Shown: positions 12,598-26,053, numbered from the whole stretch's first letter. The stretch: 62,681 nt of DNA, filler included, from Rhabdomonas costata (GCA_019059605.1; 15 parts of 15 records of this genome joined end to end with filler, not necessarily neighbours in it); one strand, 5' to 3'. The notes: generated by a model from the letters alone, not told the origin. Numbers and translations: made by a program.

Positions 12598-15500
12598 TTT
12601 TGTTGAGCGTTAAGGAAGGAATCATGCAAATCTCTGGGTTGAGGTCAAGACTTGCCGAATTCGGAAGAATAATGCCCAAAAAGCTGAACACAGGCTGTCC
12701 ACGGATAATCTGAACAGGCTCCCCCACCTCTGCTGGGCTGGGTTCCATGAAAACCTTGGCGAGCGAATCCTTCGCTTCAGGCGGACACAGAGACAAAATC
12801 TTTTCGATAAATTCGCCAACCTTCTCTGGGGACAGCCTGCCCGACGAGGAAGTCAAAAGGTCGAGAAAAAGGAACCGAACGCCCAGCAGAATCTGTTCGT
12901 GCATGGGATAGGAAGTGTGACTGGAAAGCGGACACGAAGGAAGCGGGTCCAAAACACCAGTTGAGTCACCGTAAGCGGTTCAAAAAGCTGAGCGTTGATC
13001 TCAGCGTATATCGCGAGCAGAAAGTCAGTCGTCTGCTTCGTATCGTAGCTCAATTTGCAATCAGGGACCTCCAGGCAGACCGACGTGTGCACTACCTGTT
13101 CCAGTTCCTGCGCATTGTAGAGCTTCACGTGGATCTCCGTTGTTCGGGAGGTGATCGGGGTGGCCATATCAGATAGGCTCGACTCACTGCTGCTTTGAAC
13201 TGTGCCCACGAAGCGAAACTCCATGGAAACGTTCACCTGAGGATTGCCGCCATCTGCCGTCATCTCGGGGTCCTCACTCAGCATAAAGATCGGATCGGTC
13301 TCAAGCACGCTGTTCATCCGCTCGGTCACCGCAGAGTCCGCCAGATTCATGTTGTCCAGAAGAAGTATTCCCCCACCGTGCACAGAGGTCACCACCGGCC
13401 CGAACCGAAAACGGTATATCTGAACAAAGGTATTTTTCGGAGGAAAGTTCTTCACAAGCTTCTCAATTGGTGGGAGAAGCAGCCCTTCCGGGATGCTGCA
13501 CAGATCAGACAACAGCTGTTTCTCCTGCTCCTCAATAAAAGCATCCACTTCAGAGGATGACTGAGCTTCGGCTGCCTCGTATGCCTCCTGGAGCGCACCA
13601 CACTTCCGGTTCAGATCCTTCGCAAGACGGCCCAGCGCTGGGGCTAGGGATCGGGCAGCGGCATCGCGGGCCATGGTCGCAGTGTACAGAAGCAGCCGTG
13701 GCCAAGTGAAGGGCTGAATCGCCCCCACCAGACTATCCGTCTCCGTCAGAGGGGAGACGGGCACCGACTTGTAGGCGAACTTCCACTCTTCAAAGGCAAT
13801 CTGGGCCAGTGTCTCAACAGCATGGCTCTTGTGGGAGGTGGGGCCAGTCAGCAGCACAGGCTCGGGGTGGCGAAGGGCCCGAGAGGTCCGGCCATGGCCT
13901 GCTTCCAGAGGTTTGGGGTACAGCGCAAACACCAACTTGATCAGGGTCCGCTGGAATCGCTTCGGCACGGGGGGCATGCCTGCCGAGAACAAGGGGCACC
14001 GCGACAGCAGCCCAGGCATGGTCCGCTCTAGGCCGTAAATGGTAAACTTCACTAAGGGAGCGTCCTCATGGCCCGGAACCTGCCCCACGGAAAGGTCTTC
14101 AGGAACACGATCCCCTTTGGGAAGGACCAGCTCCTGGCCCTCGTCGACGAACCCCGTGAACAAAATCGCTGCGTGCTTGCGTAAGATAATGGGCCACTCC
14201 ACCGGGTTTTCCCAACTTATATCGGCTCTGAGAGAAAATAATCGAGCACCACATCAGCAGGCAGGTCTGGCCCCTACAAACAAGATAAAAGTATTCAAAC
14301 CTGCTTCCATTCACCCCTACGAGTACATACATCATTCGTTGACACTGACCTGTTTTCACAGGCGAACGGAGGGACTCTACCATATCATTTACTCAAACAC
14401 TCAACCAGGATTCTTCATTACTCAAAAGTATGCGGTCACATACCAAGAACAAAAGAACTCCGAAATCCCCGCCAAGGCTAAATTGGAAGCATTAAATACT
14501 ACCTTGCTCGGTAGAACCAGCGAATAAGCTGTCTCAGCGTCACGCCAGAGTGCTCGTCCCAGCGCAGGATCGTGAGCATCTCCTGAGCCATAGCCTCAGC
14601 CATGGAAGGGGATCTTTCACTTTGTGCCCCGAGAAAGGCAGCGATCTTCCCCGCCAAGATCTTCACTACCTCCAGGGGCTCCAGCGGGGGGTACACAACC
14701 ACCAGACGCCGCGTCTACACACACTGCGGAAGGGCTTTGCGGCCAGCATACCCCGTGGGGTTTTGCGTGGCAAAGAACTGGAAGTTGGGGTGCGCATGCA
14801 GGACCTCGTTGGTCAGCGGCACGACCACCGTCTGGCGGCCCTCCAGGACAGCAACCAGGCAAGACATCACCTCCGACGAGGCCAGGTTCAGCTCGTCCGC
14901 AAGGAAGGCAAGCCCATGCTTCATTGCGAGGTACAGCGGCCCGGGCACGAACTCGCACGCGCCATCACTCTGNNNNNNNNNNNNNNNNNNNNNNNNNNNN
15001 NNNNNNNNNNNNNNNNNNNNNNNNNNNNNNNNNNNNNNNNNNNNNNNNNNNNNNNNNNNNNNNNNNNNNNNNNNNNNNNNNNNNNNNNNNNNNNNNNNNN
15101 NNNNNNNNNNNNNNNNNNNNNNNNNNNNNNNNNNNNNNNNNNNNNNNNNNNNNNNNNNNNNNNNNNNNNNNNNNNNNNNNNNNNNNNNNNNNNNNNNNNN
15201 NNNNNNNNNNNNNNNNNNNNNNNNNNNNNNNNNNNNNNNNNNNNNNNNNNNNNNNNNNNNNNNNNNNNNNNNNNNNNNNNNNNNNNNNNNNNNNNNNNNN
15301 NNNNNNNNNNNNNNNNNNNNNNNNNNNNNNNNNNNNNNNNNNNNNNNNNNNNNNNNNNNNNNNNNNNNNNNNNNNNNNNNNNNNNNNNNNNNNNNNNNNN
15401 NNNNNNNNNNNNNNNNNNNNNNNNNNNNNNNNNNNNNNNNNNNNNNNNNNNNNNNNTGTTTTGGGTCGCAGGACGAGCAGCTGCTGCAAATCAAACTTCG

Positions 15501-16705
15501 TCCCCGAACGCTCCAGCCGGGAGACGCACCGCAGGTACCGGACCTGCTGCGTGAACTCGCACGTCGGCTCGCCTTCCAAGGCGACCATCGCGGCCCCCAG
15601 GATCTTGTCCAAGCAGGATTGAGCAAAGAAAAGGGCCGCTCGGATGTCCTCCTCCGAAAAAAGCCGCAACACCGTGAATCGGTTCACAAGAGCAGGCGAG
15701 AGGGTATCCGCTTCATTCATGGTCGCAATGACCCAGAAGCCCTTTCCCAATTGTCGAGGAGCAGGTTCACGATTCTCCGTGACGTGGAGTGTGGGTGGAA
15801 CCTCGAGGATTGAGTTGCAACGCTCCGTGACCATCGCTGCGGCAACACTGATGTCATCCAAGAGAATGACCTTCCCTTCCGTGAAGGACCGAGTAACGGG
15901 ACCGTCTACCCACCCAAAGGAGCCTTTCTTCACCGGGGAAGGAAGAACGGCGCCCAGCAACTGATCCGTGTCCGTTTCTGGGGTGAGCGTGACACGTTCC
16001 ACGTCAGTGCAGGCATACCCACGCCACTCCAAGTACGCCAGGACGGCCTCAGACTTCCCGCACCCTGCAGGCCCAACAATCAGAACGGGCTCCCGTGTGC
16101 GCTCACATAGCTGCAGCTGCTCGAAAAGTTGCTCAATCCGGGGAGTGACGACGAAGCTGCGACGGCGTCCCCCAGAGAGAAGCTCCGCTCGCTCGACACT
16201 TTCGGGGAGATCGCTGACGCTGACAAAGACAAACTCTTCGGTTTGCCTTCGGTTGCCGAGGGTGAACGAGCTCGGCGGAGCTTGCACCATAGGGACCTGG
16301 ACCGGGCCTCCCTCCTCTCCCTCCTCTTCCGCGTCGGCCTCCGTCTGCTCCTTCACGGTGAACTTCTCCAGCTCACGCTGGATGAGCTCCTCCACCCTGG
16401 TGCGGTTGTGCGGCAGGCGGAACATCGACGGCAACACCGTCCTCGCAACCTGCAGCAGGTCCACCACGGCCATGCTGCGGGCCAGCCGGCAGACCTTGAA
16501 CAGGTCTCGGAGGCTAAACGGGACGTGTTCCTCCTGGAAGTCCATCTCCCGAAGCGCCACGAAGAGCCTCACCAGCACTCGTGTGGCCGCCGGGCTGGCC
16601 CCGGCGATCTCGGCCTGCAGAATGGCCCTTAACTCTCGCGGGGAGTACGGCTCCCACACCACCACCACAAACCGGCTCAGCAGCGACACGGAGTGCCGGA
16701 ACCGC
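12598..16705 (-). CDS. Midasin-like / dynein-related multi-AAA+ (AAA_5) ATPase, partial, with an in-frame stop and a frameshift (possible pseudogene)
   Basis: Parts of at least 4 AAA modules: (1) SRFVVV..FSLRDLFK; (2) VLIVGPAGCGKS / ILLDDIS / ERCNSILE / IATMN / LSPALVNRF; (3) FVPGPLYLAMKHG..LADELNLA / ATQNPTGYAGRKAL; (4) VLLTGPTSHKS / LLLDNMNLA / ERMNSVLE. GT-AG intron 14502-14228 joins in frame (RAR|ADISWENPVEWP). TAG at 14717-14715; frame change near 12930. Confidence 0.85.
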
Positions 16706-18879
16706 NNNNNNNNNNNNNNNNNNNNNNNNNNNNNNNNNNNNNNNNNNNNTTAATTAATTAANNNNNNNNNNNNNNNNNNNNNNNNNNNNNNNNNNNNNNN
16801 NNNNNTGTTTTTTTTGCCGTTTTCCTTGGCTTTTTACTTCCGGTGGACCTTTCCGGCGCCGACATGACGCAAAACTTTCCACTGTTGATCCCATGAAAGG
16901 AAAGACACACCATCGTGTAAGGTCTTGTATTATCCAAGAGCCTCCGCGGCCCAGGCGCTGTCTTACACACCAACGTGACTTTGGCCCGTCCAAACCAAGC
17001 AGTTTTCTAGCTTTGAGAGTACAAGGGGAAGGGCGCTTTTTTTCCTCGCATGCAAGGTCCTATATTCCGCAAGCGAGCCCCGAGGGGATGTGTGGGCATG
17101 GTCCGCCCTAAGGCTCTCATAGGAGTCAGTGGCTGGCAAATCCGAAGCACTGGAGGGTATCACTTGCGCCCGGTGGCGTTGGAACACAATCCGGCCATCC
17201 CGCGGCTTGTCGGGGGGGCAACGCCGGGTGAGCGCGATGCGCCCCTCGGCGCGGCGCTCCAAAAACATGCCGGAAAAAAGGCCTTGGTTCCCTCAGGCGG
17301 ATGGCCCGGGCACGGGCAAAACGGCGAAGGTGTGGGGTGTTGAAAAAAGAGTTGGCGGAAATGCAGGAGAACCTCCAAAACGGGCCCCGAAACAGGGAGA
17401 AAAAAGATGACATTCGGTAATGTCACAAACGCGCTCGCAGAACGTGCGGGCCAAAAAGACAGGAAGCGGGGTCGAAAGGAGCAAGGCAAGCATCCTGCAC
17501 AGGAAGGAGGGAGGTGGAGGTGGAGAGAACGGGAAAGAAGCACGCAAGAACACAACCGGAAATCCCAGACAAGAAACCAAGCACAAGCACGCCGAGAACA
17601 CGGAAACGAGCACAAGACATGAAGCAATGCACACAAAGCCCGAACTCCACACAAAGGTTGAACGGCAACAGTCTCTAGAAACAGGCAATGCGCCCGAAAC
17701 CGATTCTACGCACAAAGGGGCACAACAAAAGAAAGGAAAGGGGAGGAAGTGTGGCTTTGTGAATGGGAGTTCGTGCGTGCACTTGCTCGGAGACCGTGTT
17801 TCTAATTGTGCTGGTTTACGAAGGCGTGAGGGAACACCAAGCAAGGGAAGATTGTTAAAATTAGGGCTCAAAAAGGGAAAAACGCACGTCCCGCGCCAAG
17901 GCACGGGCAGCAGGAAAACAAAAACAGACACCCCGAGAGCCACAAAAGCAACAGGGAAAAGCTGGGCATAAACAACCTTTGGTTTTTGTTGACCGTCCAT
18001 TGTTTTACATGCCACACACCACCGCTTTGGTTGTATTACTTTTTTGCCTGCACACACACCCATATGCAAACAGTTGACTATTCCGCTGTGGTTAACCTTT
18101 TTCTACAACATTACCCCACCATTTTGCTGTAGATAGCAGGAAGTTTGCGGTAAGATGCAAATCCGGACCTGGTCAGAAATGGCAGTTAAATTTCTAAACG
18201 TGCTCAAATCCCATTCAGTCTAACAGCGGGGCTATACAGACCGCTACCAAGGCCATCCGCCGTGCTACTTGATGGTGCTCTGCTGTTGCTCGGGGGGAGG
18301 GGGGCACAAACCAAAGGGCAAAGTTATACACAGCACAGTTCTACGGTTCAAAAGCAAACAAAAGCGGAGAAATCTCCCACACTTGTTCGCTGGCATCGAA
18401 TGGATTTGCAGAAGGTCGAAGCGGGTGAGAACCCACAAGGGAGGAATGTGCACACGCCAGCACAAGAGAACAAATTACAAGCACAGGGTTGGCACTTGCG
18501 CGGGAGCTTCCCAATATTAATAAAAAGGCCAATTAAAAGGCCTGAATTGGCACGCAAGATTTTAGCCTATTAAAAATAATTTTGGACTCAACCGTAGTAA
18601 TTTGGTCAGACTTTTGTGATGGCGGTTTTGTTGACCAGGTTGACCATATATAAGACCAAGATTAGTCCCTTCTTCTGACACTGTTTTAGAAATATTTTTA
18701 GCACCATAGATCATCGTAATAATATTCCGGTAATCCAAATATTCAGCTTTACATGGGAAAGAACTTTGCTTGCAAAATGCTGTGAATCTAGCAGACATAA
18801 CTGCTTGACTACTTCAATTGCTGTCAGCACCACAGATGGGTTAGCTATCAATGCGGTATTGGTCTTATAAATAAACTTA

Positions 18880-19900
18880 ATCAAACCGCTATGGAGCACG
18901 TTGTGCACACGGGCAATGAGAGACGCGCTGCAGGCGTTTCGATGCATTCTTAAAATAATCCAGTGTACTTGCGAGTGGTTATGGGATTGTATAAAGTAGT
19001 ATACCACTCTGGCCATAGGTTCCGTGGACAATAATCCCAATGTGAACCGTAAACATGATAAACTGACAACAGTCTGTTGATTAATATTCAACCAGAAGCT
19101 GCAAATCAGCCTCTTATACGATACTATAGAAATTGTTTGTATACCGCTATCTTTTTTGTTGGAGAACTGGATCAGTGGAGCAACATTAATGATATGTAGA
19201 GAGTTATGACGTAGGCGGCAGTGTTGTGCCATTAACATGAAACTTTAAAGGCTTCTGGAATGTCAAAGGAGGGACTCTATACACTGCAGCGCATTGCCTG
19301 AAAAATATAACCAATATTCCACTTGTCTCTGAAGCACTATTTTGTTTTGGAAAGAAACGCAGTGCGTCCGTTGATTTGTTTATGCACAGTGACATCACTT
19401 CAGGAAAAGCAAATCGATGGCCAGGATGCAGAGTATCAAGTTCTTCGATGGTTTTTTGTCTGTAACTTACATTAGTCTAGTTTAATCAAGCAGCGCAGAG
19501 ACAGTGCAGTGAATGCTTCAGTACTGCGCAACGCTTTTCTGAAAACTTGCACACTCATCTATCATAGAACTAGTATGAAATTCCCAAGCCGCACTCGGAG
19601 TTTATGGTCTCATTCCTTGCCACTGGATGTTAATAGTCGCTTTTCCAGTTCTAGCGCTCGTAATTTGACTGCCGAGAGCCTCTGCGGCTTCATGTGGTGT
19701 AGCTGGTTCTTAAAAATGCCAAAAATATTGTCCTTTAGCTGGTGCATTTTGGGTGTCACAAGGGCCAAACATCATTGTATGCGGAAGAACTGGTGGAACG
19801 GAGACATTGTAGCGATGATGATTCTGAGAGTTGATGTCACATTCCAACACATGTTTTACATCCCACTTCTCACCGTGGTTTTGATCCCAAGAAAGATGAT
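18880..19900 (+). mobile_element. Possible highly decayed Mutator/MULE-type transposase
   Basis: AT-rich island with weak motif remnants in MULE/FAR1 order across broken frames: YTTLAIGSVDNN (~19000), YRYLFCWR (~19145), SMARMQSIKFFDGFL (~19415), SWIM-like TFQHMFYIP (~19840). No TIRs identified. Confidence 0.3.
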
Positions 19901-22439
19901 GGGATATGATGCAGCTGAACGTTGGTGGCACTAAAATGGCAACCGCCTTCACGCAGAAAAAATATCACCCGGCAGCTTTGGCACACAGACAGGCCGAAGG
20001 AAGCGTTAAAATCGCTCGGATCAGTGTAAATAGATTTTTGTCGGAGCCGGACGGAAAAGTTTGTATTTCATGAGTTACATTGTTGCATGGAGGTTTGCTC
20101 ATAAAGGTCCCTTACAAGAGCAACCATCTGAGCACATTTCCAGTGCCCAATGAATAAAGTGCTCGGTTTTCCCCCTGTACTGGTGGAACTGCTGGTCTTT
20201 TTCAGCAACGTGATGATGGTTTCAATTCGCTGAAGCAGCGCCAGCTGAGTCTGGAAATTGCGCGGCAAACTGCTCCTGAGCCTGCTGCGTCTCACTCTGC
20301 ATGTTATGCACATCATTTACTTGCCATATGGTCTCCGCCAGCACCTCCGGCGTCAGTTAAACTGACATTGGGGTGTTAGCTGTGGTACCGCTCATCTTAA
20401 CACGAATTAGCTAACCAATGGGGCTGCTAATTAGGGCAACGTTTACCACCTGTTCCTTAAAAAGATGTAAATGAAACTAACAAATAAGATGCAAGTGCGA
20501 TCATTCAGGTTAAACGTGTCGTGCGGGGCTCGTCTCGAGACATGTAAAAAGAATGATGTGGCAACAATTGGTGGACCATGGCAATTTTATCTTCATAATT
20601 ACCAAAACTGGTCACACCTCCAGAGTGTTGGAGAACGAATATTCTCCGGCAACCTCGGTTCAACCCTGGAGCGAGCTGAGCCTTGCATAGGCTAAAACTG
20701 TGGCTTCCTACAATTTTGCGACTTGGAGAACGACGCCTTGCCTTGGAATTGGGGAAAAACCAATCGCGCAACGGCAAAGTGCTACAAGATGTGACAAATG
20801 GTGACATCGGGGGTGATGTAAAAAAGAATTCCCAAACCATTAAGTTATAAAATTGAGATATCAACACTTGCACACACATAACTAGAAAACCCAACCNNNN
20901 NNNNNNNNNNNNNNNNNNNNNNNNNNNNNNNNNNNNNNNNTTAATTAATTAANNNNNNNNNNNNNNNNNNNNNNNNNNNNNNNNNNNNNNNNNNNNCAAA
21001 AACATTCCAGCCCACTCCGGTGCCAGCATGAAGCACTCCTGGGGTCTGCCCTTAGGAATGCTAAGGAGGCCCGGCCGAAAGCGTAGGCCCAGAATGCCCC
21101 TTGAAAAATTTCTAAGTCGAAAATGCCGTGAAAAGGGCCAAAATGGGACCTTGAGGGGCCATATCTCGGCGTAGAGAAGGAGTCTGAGGCCGGGAAGCGG
21201 CCAACCAACTCATCTCAGGACCATCAAATATGAGCCCCAACCCTACACTCCAGGTCGAGTTCTGAGATAAATTTAGGTCTCCAGCCCAGGGTAAGTCCAC
21301 CTGCATACCTATGGCGAACAGTCTGTCGTCTTCTCTGGTAACCGTCCTTCGGTCCAGCATTCCCACCCTTGAGGACGTTCCAATGGAAAGCGCGGACCCT
21401 CCAGTGTGTGGCCTCCTCCTTTCGATCAAGGTTGCCGCTGTCCTTGGCCCGTCTGTGGTGATAGATGTCCAGAAGACGACAGTGCTTACTATTATCACCT
21501 TTAAAAAAGATGAGTGACCAGAAAATGATAGTGTTTACTACCATCATTTTGCGCACTCTCGTCCTTTTCCCATCAATATCGTCACTCGATGATAATTACC
21601 TGTTCAAATACTGTTCCTTCGTTCATTCGCGAATGCCGCGCAACTCTCAGAGCCCAGCTCCCAAGTAGGCAGCTCGTTGCAGCGGGTTCGTAACGTGCGC
21701 TGGGCGGGGGGAGGAGTGAACTTTTCTTCGGAGAGTAGTGCTCCCTTCTGCCCGTTCTTCGTTTGCGGTTGCCGGACAAAGAGACCATCTTCGCACGGGT
21801 TTCCCATGTTAAAAAGCAGGCTGGCAGGAGGCGCTGCAGGCCGGTACCCTGCTCCCTGCACCCCCTTGCTCCCCCTTTGTGAATAGTGGGCGTGCTCGGC
21901 TGGGGTATTCTCTCCCCAAGCTCAGCACTGGAGCAAAAATAAAACAAAAGAAAAAATAATAAGCGACCCGGAGGGAGACGCGACCCCAATGATGGGTACG
22001 CTATTTTTATAAATTCACGAATCAATTTTTTAATGTATTTTTTAACGCGGGATTCTTTGTTTCTTCTGCCAAATACCGGACAGGGACAAGGTGGGAACCC
22101 TCCAGGGCGGTCCTTTGGAACGCTTGGAACAAGCAAGCAAGCCACAAACAAACCCCCTCAACCTGCAAACTTTACTACTACTGCCGTTCAACAAACACTG
22201 TCGTTCAACCTCTTTCTTTAAGGGGCTTTGCACAGCGGAAGCGTGATTAAGGTTTTTTTTTTAGCAAACTCGAGTTCTTTGAAGGGGCTTTGCTGGCGAC
22301 CGCTGCGAAAGTCAACCTTTGCGGAAGTCTGCCGGTCGTTTCACCCCTGGCCGGTCTGCATAATTTTTCTGATCTTTTCTTTTTCAAATTTCGTCACGAG
22401 GACACCATCTGACTTAGTGTGCTTCGCCGCTTCTGCTTT

Positions 22440-22830
22440 GTCGACAGCGGGTAACCCACTGGTGTGAAGGATTCAGGCGGTGCTGTTGGAGGTGGTATTC
22501 AACTTCCGGAGAACGCGAAGAGAAGTAAGCGGCAGTGTGGAAAGGGCTTAGGTGGCTGAACCCTCCGAGACGAATGGGAAGACAGCACTGCTTCCACGCG
22601 GCGTCCCGGAGACAGGTTCCCAGAATGCAATCTAGAGTGGACCGGAGGTCTTGCTCAGTCTCGTCCTCGTCAGCGAAAGCGCTGCAGGGGACCACAGCAC
22701 GCGCAGAAGGTTGATCTTCTGCGCCATTCCAGACCTGACTTCCCGAAGGCTGCCGGTTGCTTGCTGAATGGCAAGAGCAAAGAAAGCGGTCCCAACAGAT
22801 CCCCTTTCTGGGTGTCACACCCCTTGCCCT
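22440..22830 (-). mobile_element. CRE/SLACS-like (RLE-class) non-LTR retrotransposon fragment, region C-terminal to RT
   Basis: DLRSTLDCILGTCLRDAAWKQCCLPIRLGGF...TAAYFSS matches the w.qa.LP.r.GGlG...aA..aS signature. Confidence 0.7.
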
Positions 22831-23154
22831 TAAGCACTGCGAGGTTGGTCAAAATCTGTTAAAGCAATTTTTTGGTTGTTGCCCTGGGGTTGGTTGTGTT
22901 TTAAAGCTCCCCTTCAGCTTCTCAGATGGGCTGTCTAGGGGTTGAGCTCTGGCAACCGTTCTCTTTTGCATAACCCCCAAACGGTAAAGTTTTTGAACGG
23001 GGAGTCCGATGACGGTGAGTTTGCTGTCGTTGAAGTGCTGACAATGAGTTGCCCCAACAACAGCAGCATTCCTAAAGCGGGGTTCATGACGCATCACGGC
23101 GACCGCGAGACGCAGTGCTTCATCTTGTGATTTTCTAGATCTTTCCAACTAAAA

Positions 23155-24560
23155 ATGGATGTCGTAGCTGCTTTAAAAGAAGAGAGTCCTGCACTTCGGT
23201 CGTTTGCCCTGAAGCACATCAATACCAAAGTTGATGAGACATGGTCACAAGCTTCTCAGCTTCTCAGTACAATAGAGCAACTCCACGAGGATCCTGCGTT
23301 TCCTCACCGAGGTTTGTGTGTGTAACCACTGCTTACTCTGACGTTGCAAAAGAACCTCGCGGAATGGCCGGTCGCTTTGGCTTTTGTGTGCTTGGTGAGC
23401 TTCTGTTCGGGCTTGGGTTTGGAGCGTCGCATAATTGGACTGCAAGATAGGTCTTAAACTACTTGCAGCGAGGCACAGTGAGCGGTAATGGGGACAGAGA
23501 AAGGGTTTTGAAGGATTAGTCAAGAGTTCGTTCACTGAGCCTTGGTGCCACGTTGTTTTTAAAATGTTTTCTCAGAGCTTGCAGCGCTGGTCGCGTCCAA
23601 GATTTACTACCACCTGGCGGCGTACCATGACAGCCTTCACTTCGCCCTCCAAGCAGGCCCTCTCTTTGACGTCACCGTGCGCAGTGACTACGTCAACTGC
23701 ATTGTCGGCAAGGGCCTGGACCAGTACATCAAGCTCCGGCAGGCCGTTGAGTCACCCTCCTGCGCGCCGGGGTCCACCGGGGCCTCTTCCTCGGCCTCTG
23801 CTGCCCCCGCCGCCCCCAGCCCCGAGCTCGAGCGCCTCTTCGGAAACGTGCTCGAGGCCTGGATTGCGACCTCGAGCCCTGCTCGGCTCAGGGAGGTACG
23901 GCTTGCACGCCTTCCAATTGCAACGCTTGTTGAAATTTTGGCGGCACGAAGAAGTTATGTACACCTCACCGGCCTCTTAGAAGCCCCTGCAAACAGGGCG
24001 TCCCCAAAAAGGGAGAGGGCGCGTTCAACTGGCGCACCACTTTTTCTGGTCTGCTTTCAGCACACGGAAAATACAGATCACAACGAGTGAGAGAGACAGA
24101 AAACACAGTGAAGGCAGGAAGGCTGGAAGCGCATATCAGATGCCCGGAGTGGGCTCCATTTGGCTCCATTTGGGTCCATTTAGCTCCACTTAACCCCATT
24201 TTAACCAGAAAACTGACACCGCCCAAAGGGCGACTATTCCCTGGCGCCGTGATTTTCGAGGTGAGATAATTTTCTTGTCGATAAGATTTGCAGCAAGGCC
24301 TGTTCTTATACATACTTACCCCGTGATTGTCCCTCACTTTTCTGTGATTTTCACCGATCTGCAGAGAAGTTTGCGCTTTTTTCCGAATTTTTTTTCAGGT
24401 TATCGGCGTCACCATGGACGCGAGACGGTTGGACCTTCTCGAGCGTTGCCTGCAGAAGGTTGACGGAGAGGATGGCAAGGCCCTGCTGAAGTACTGGTTG
24501 GACATGGTGATTCAGCACATTTACAGTCGAGAATTCCGGCAAAGCGTGCTCAAGTTATTG
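23155..24560 (+). CDS. RPN2: 26S proteasome regulatory subunit RPN2/PSMD1, 5' part (exons 23155-23311, 23576-23895, 24399-24560)
   Basis: Spliced: MDVVAALKEESPALRSFALKHINTKVDETWSQ...IEQLHEDPAFPHRE|LAALVASKIYYHLAAYHDSLHFALQAGPLFDV..RSDYVNCIVGKGLDQYIK...|VIGVTMDARRLDLLE...SREFRQSVLKLL. All GT-AG junctions are frame-compatible. Confidence 0.93.
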
Positions 24561-25935
24561 GTATCGTCTTTTTGTTTTGGCATGTTTTCAGTTTGGGGAA
24601 ATTCGTTTGATTTAGAAATTCGCAACCCCCTTACACACAAATAATGCATGCCAGGAAAAAGGGGACAACAGGCACTGATTCAGGAAGCAGGGGCAACAGA
24701 ATTAGCGGGTGACGCGAGAATGGTGACCAGTTGGAAATTAATGTTAAAGACTTGGGGTTGACAGGAGCAGGGAAAAGAAAGATGGAATATCCGTTCTAAC
24801 CAAAACTTAAAGAACACAACTGCAACGAACGACAAGCCATTTGCCTGCGATTAACTTAAACATGGGAAATACCCATCTGCCGTCCTCCACTAAAGAGTAA
24901 GCCTGGCTCAGCTCTCGTGGAACACCTATGTTTCTGTGGAATAACGCTTGTTCGAAAAGGCTTTCTCAATCTGTTTTTTGCTCTTCTTCTGTCCATAATG
25001 ATGCTCCTTTGTGTCCCCAGTTCAGTGCCGTCGTCTCCACTGCCACCCAGCATTGCTGCCTTTCTTGCATCAAAAANNNNNNNNNNNNNNNNNNNNNNNN
25101 NNNNNNNNNNNNNNNNNNNNTTAATTAATTAANNNNNNNNNNNNNNNNNNNNNNNNNNNNNNNNNNNNNNNNNNNNGGGTGGGGTTGCGTCTGAGTCACA
25201 TGCACGGTTGGGAGTGTTTTGGGGAAAGGGAAAGGTCTGGAACAGTGTTGGTGGTGGATCTTGGACAATATATTTCTTGGCTGTGCTAAAAGCAGCACAG
25301 GAGCACCTTGCAACATAGCAAACGTATCTGGTACGTGCAAGAAGAGGGGAGGCATCAGATAGTGCAGTGGATAGCTCCTGACATCTTAGAGATGATGCGA
25401 AATGCAGAAGCATTCAGGAGTCCCGCGATTTCACACATCCAAACATTTGCACACAGATGCATGACTGCCGTTTACAATGTTGGATCAGGCTTCACGACAT
25501 CACCTGCACATTTTCGTTAGGCTAACTGTCGCTAATGCACTCTTTCTGAGGACGTAATGCCTCACCGTTGCTTCTTTGCAAGAACATTGGAATTGTTGGA
25601 TGAAGGAAAACAGGAGTTGAGCTTTGTGCCAAGAAAGGTTCAGGGTCGCGGTCAAGCGTGCTTTACCAGACATCGTTGCAAATGGCGTCTGTCATTCACC
25701 TGTTTGGTCCCCAGCGCTCTTAACAAGGCAAACAAAGAAGACTTATGCCAGCACTTCGTCAGAATAATGAACGGTGAACATCTGAGATGAAGGACTACAC
25801 AAACAGCATGCCGTACAACCACTGTTGCACGGTAACACAAACAGCTCTACGTCTTCTTGGTGTTTCAGGGTCCTCTCGGTTGAATTATCGTGCCTCCTCA
25901 ATAGGCCTCCTGACCCACACCGGGGACTCAACGAA

Positions 25936-26053
25936 ATGCGGTCGACTTCTACGTCACAGGTCCCTGTGTTTCCGCCATAACAGTATGGCACGTCATGCGG
26001 TCGACTTCTACGTCACAGGTCCTATGTTTCCGCCATAACAGTATGGCACGTCA
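25936..26053 (+). repeat. ~59-bp tandem duplication (2 near-identical copies)
   Basis: atgcggtcgacttctacgtcacaggtcc...cagtatggcacgtc at 25936 and 25995. Confidence 0.9.

Noticed and set aside
1892-14717. TAG reassignment (alternative genetic code) suggested by two in-frame TAGs
   Set aside because: Both genes also carry frameshifts, the long DUF3638 and SABATH frames have no internal TAG, and the YHM2-like gene appears to end at TAG (49065-49063).
14550-15813. Long ORFs spanning N-runs (also 31419-32004)
   Set aside because: Artefacts of translating through gaps, or antisense shadows of the AAA+ gene.
17293-18069. 258-aa hydrophobic ORF
   Set aside because: Arises from low-complexity, strand-biased sequence (A-rich top strand); no domain motifs.
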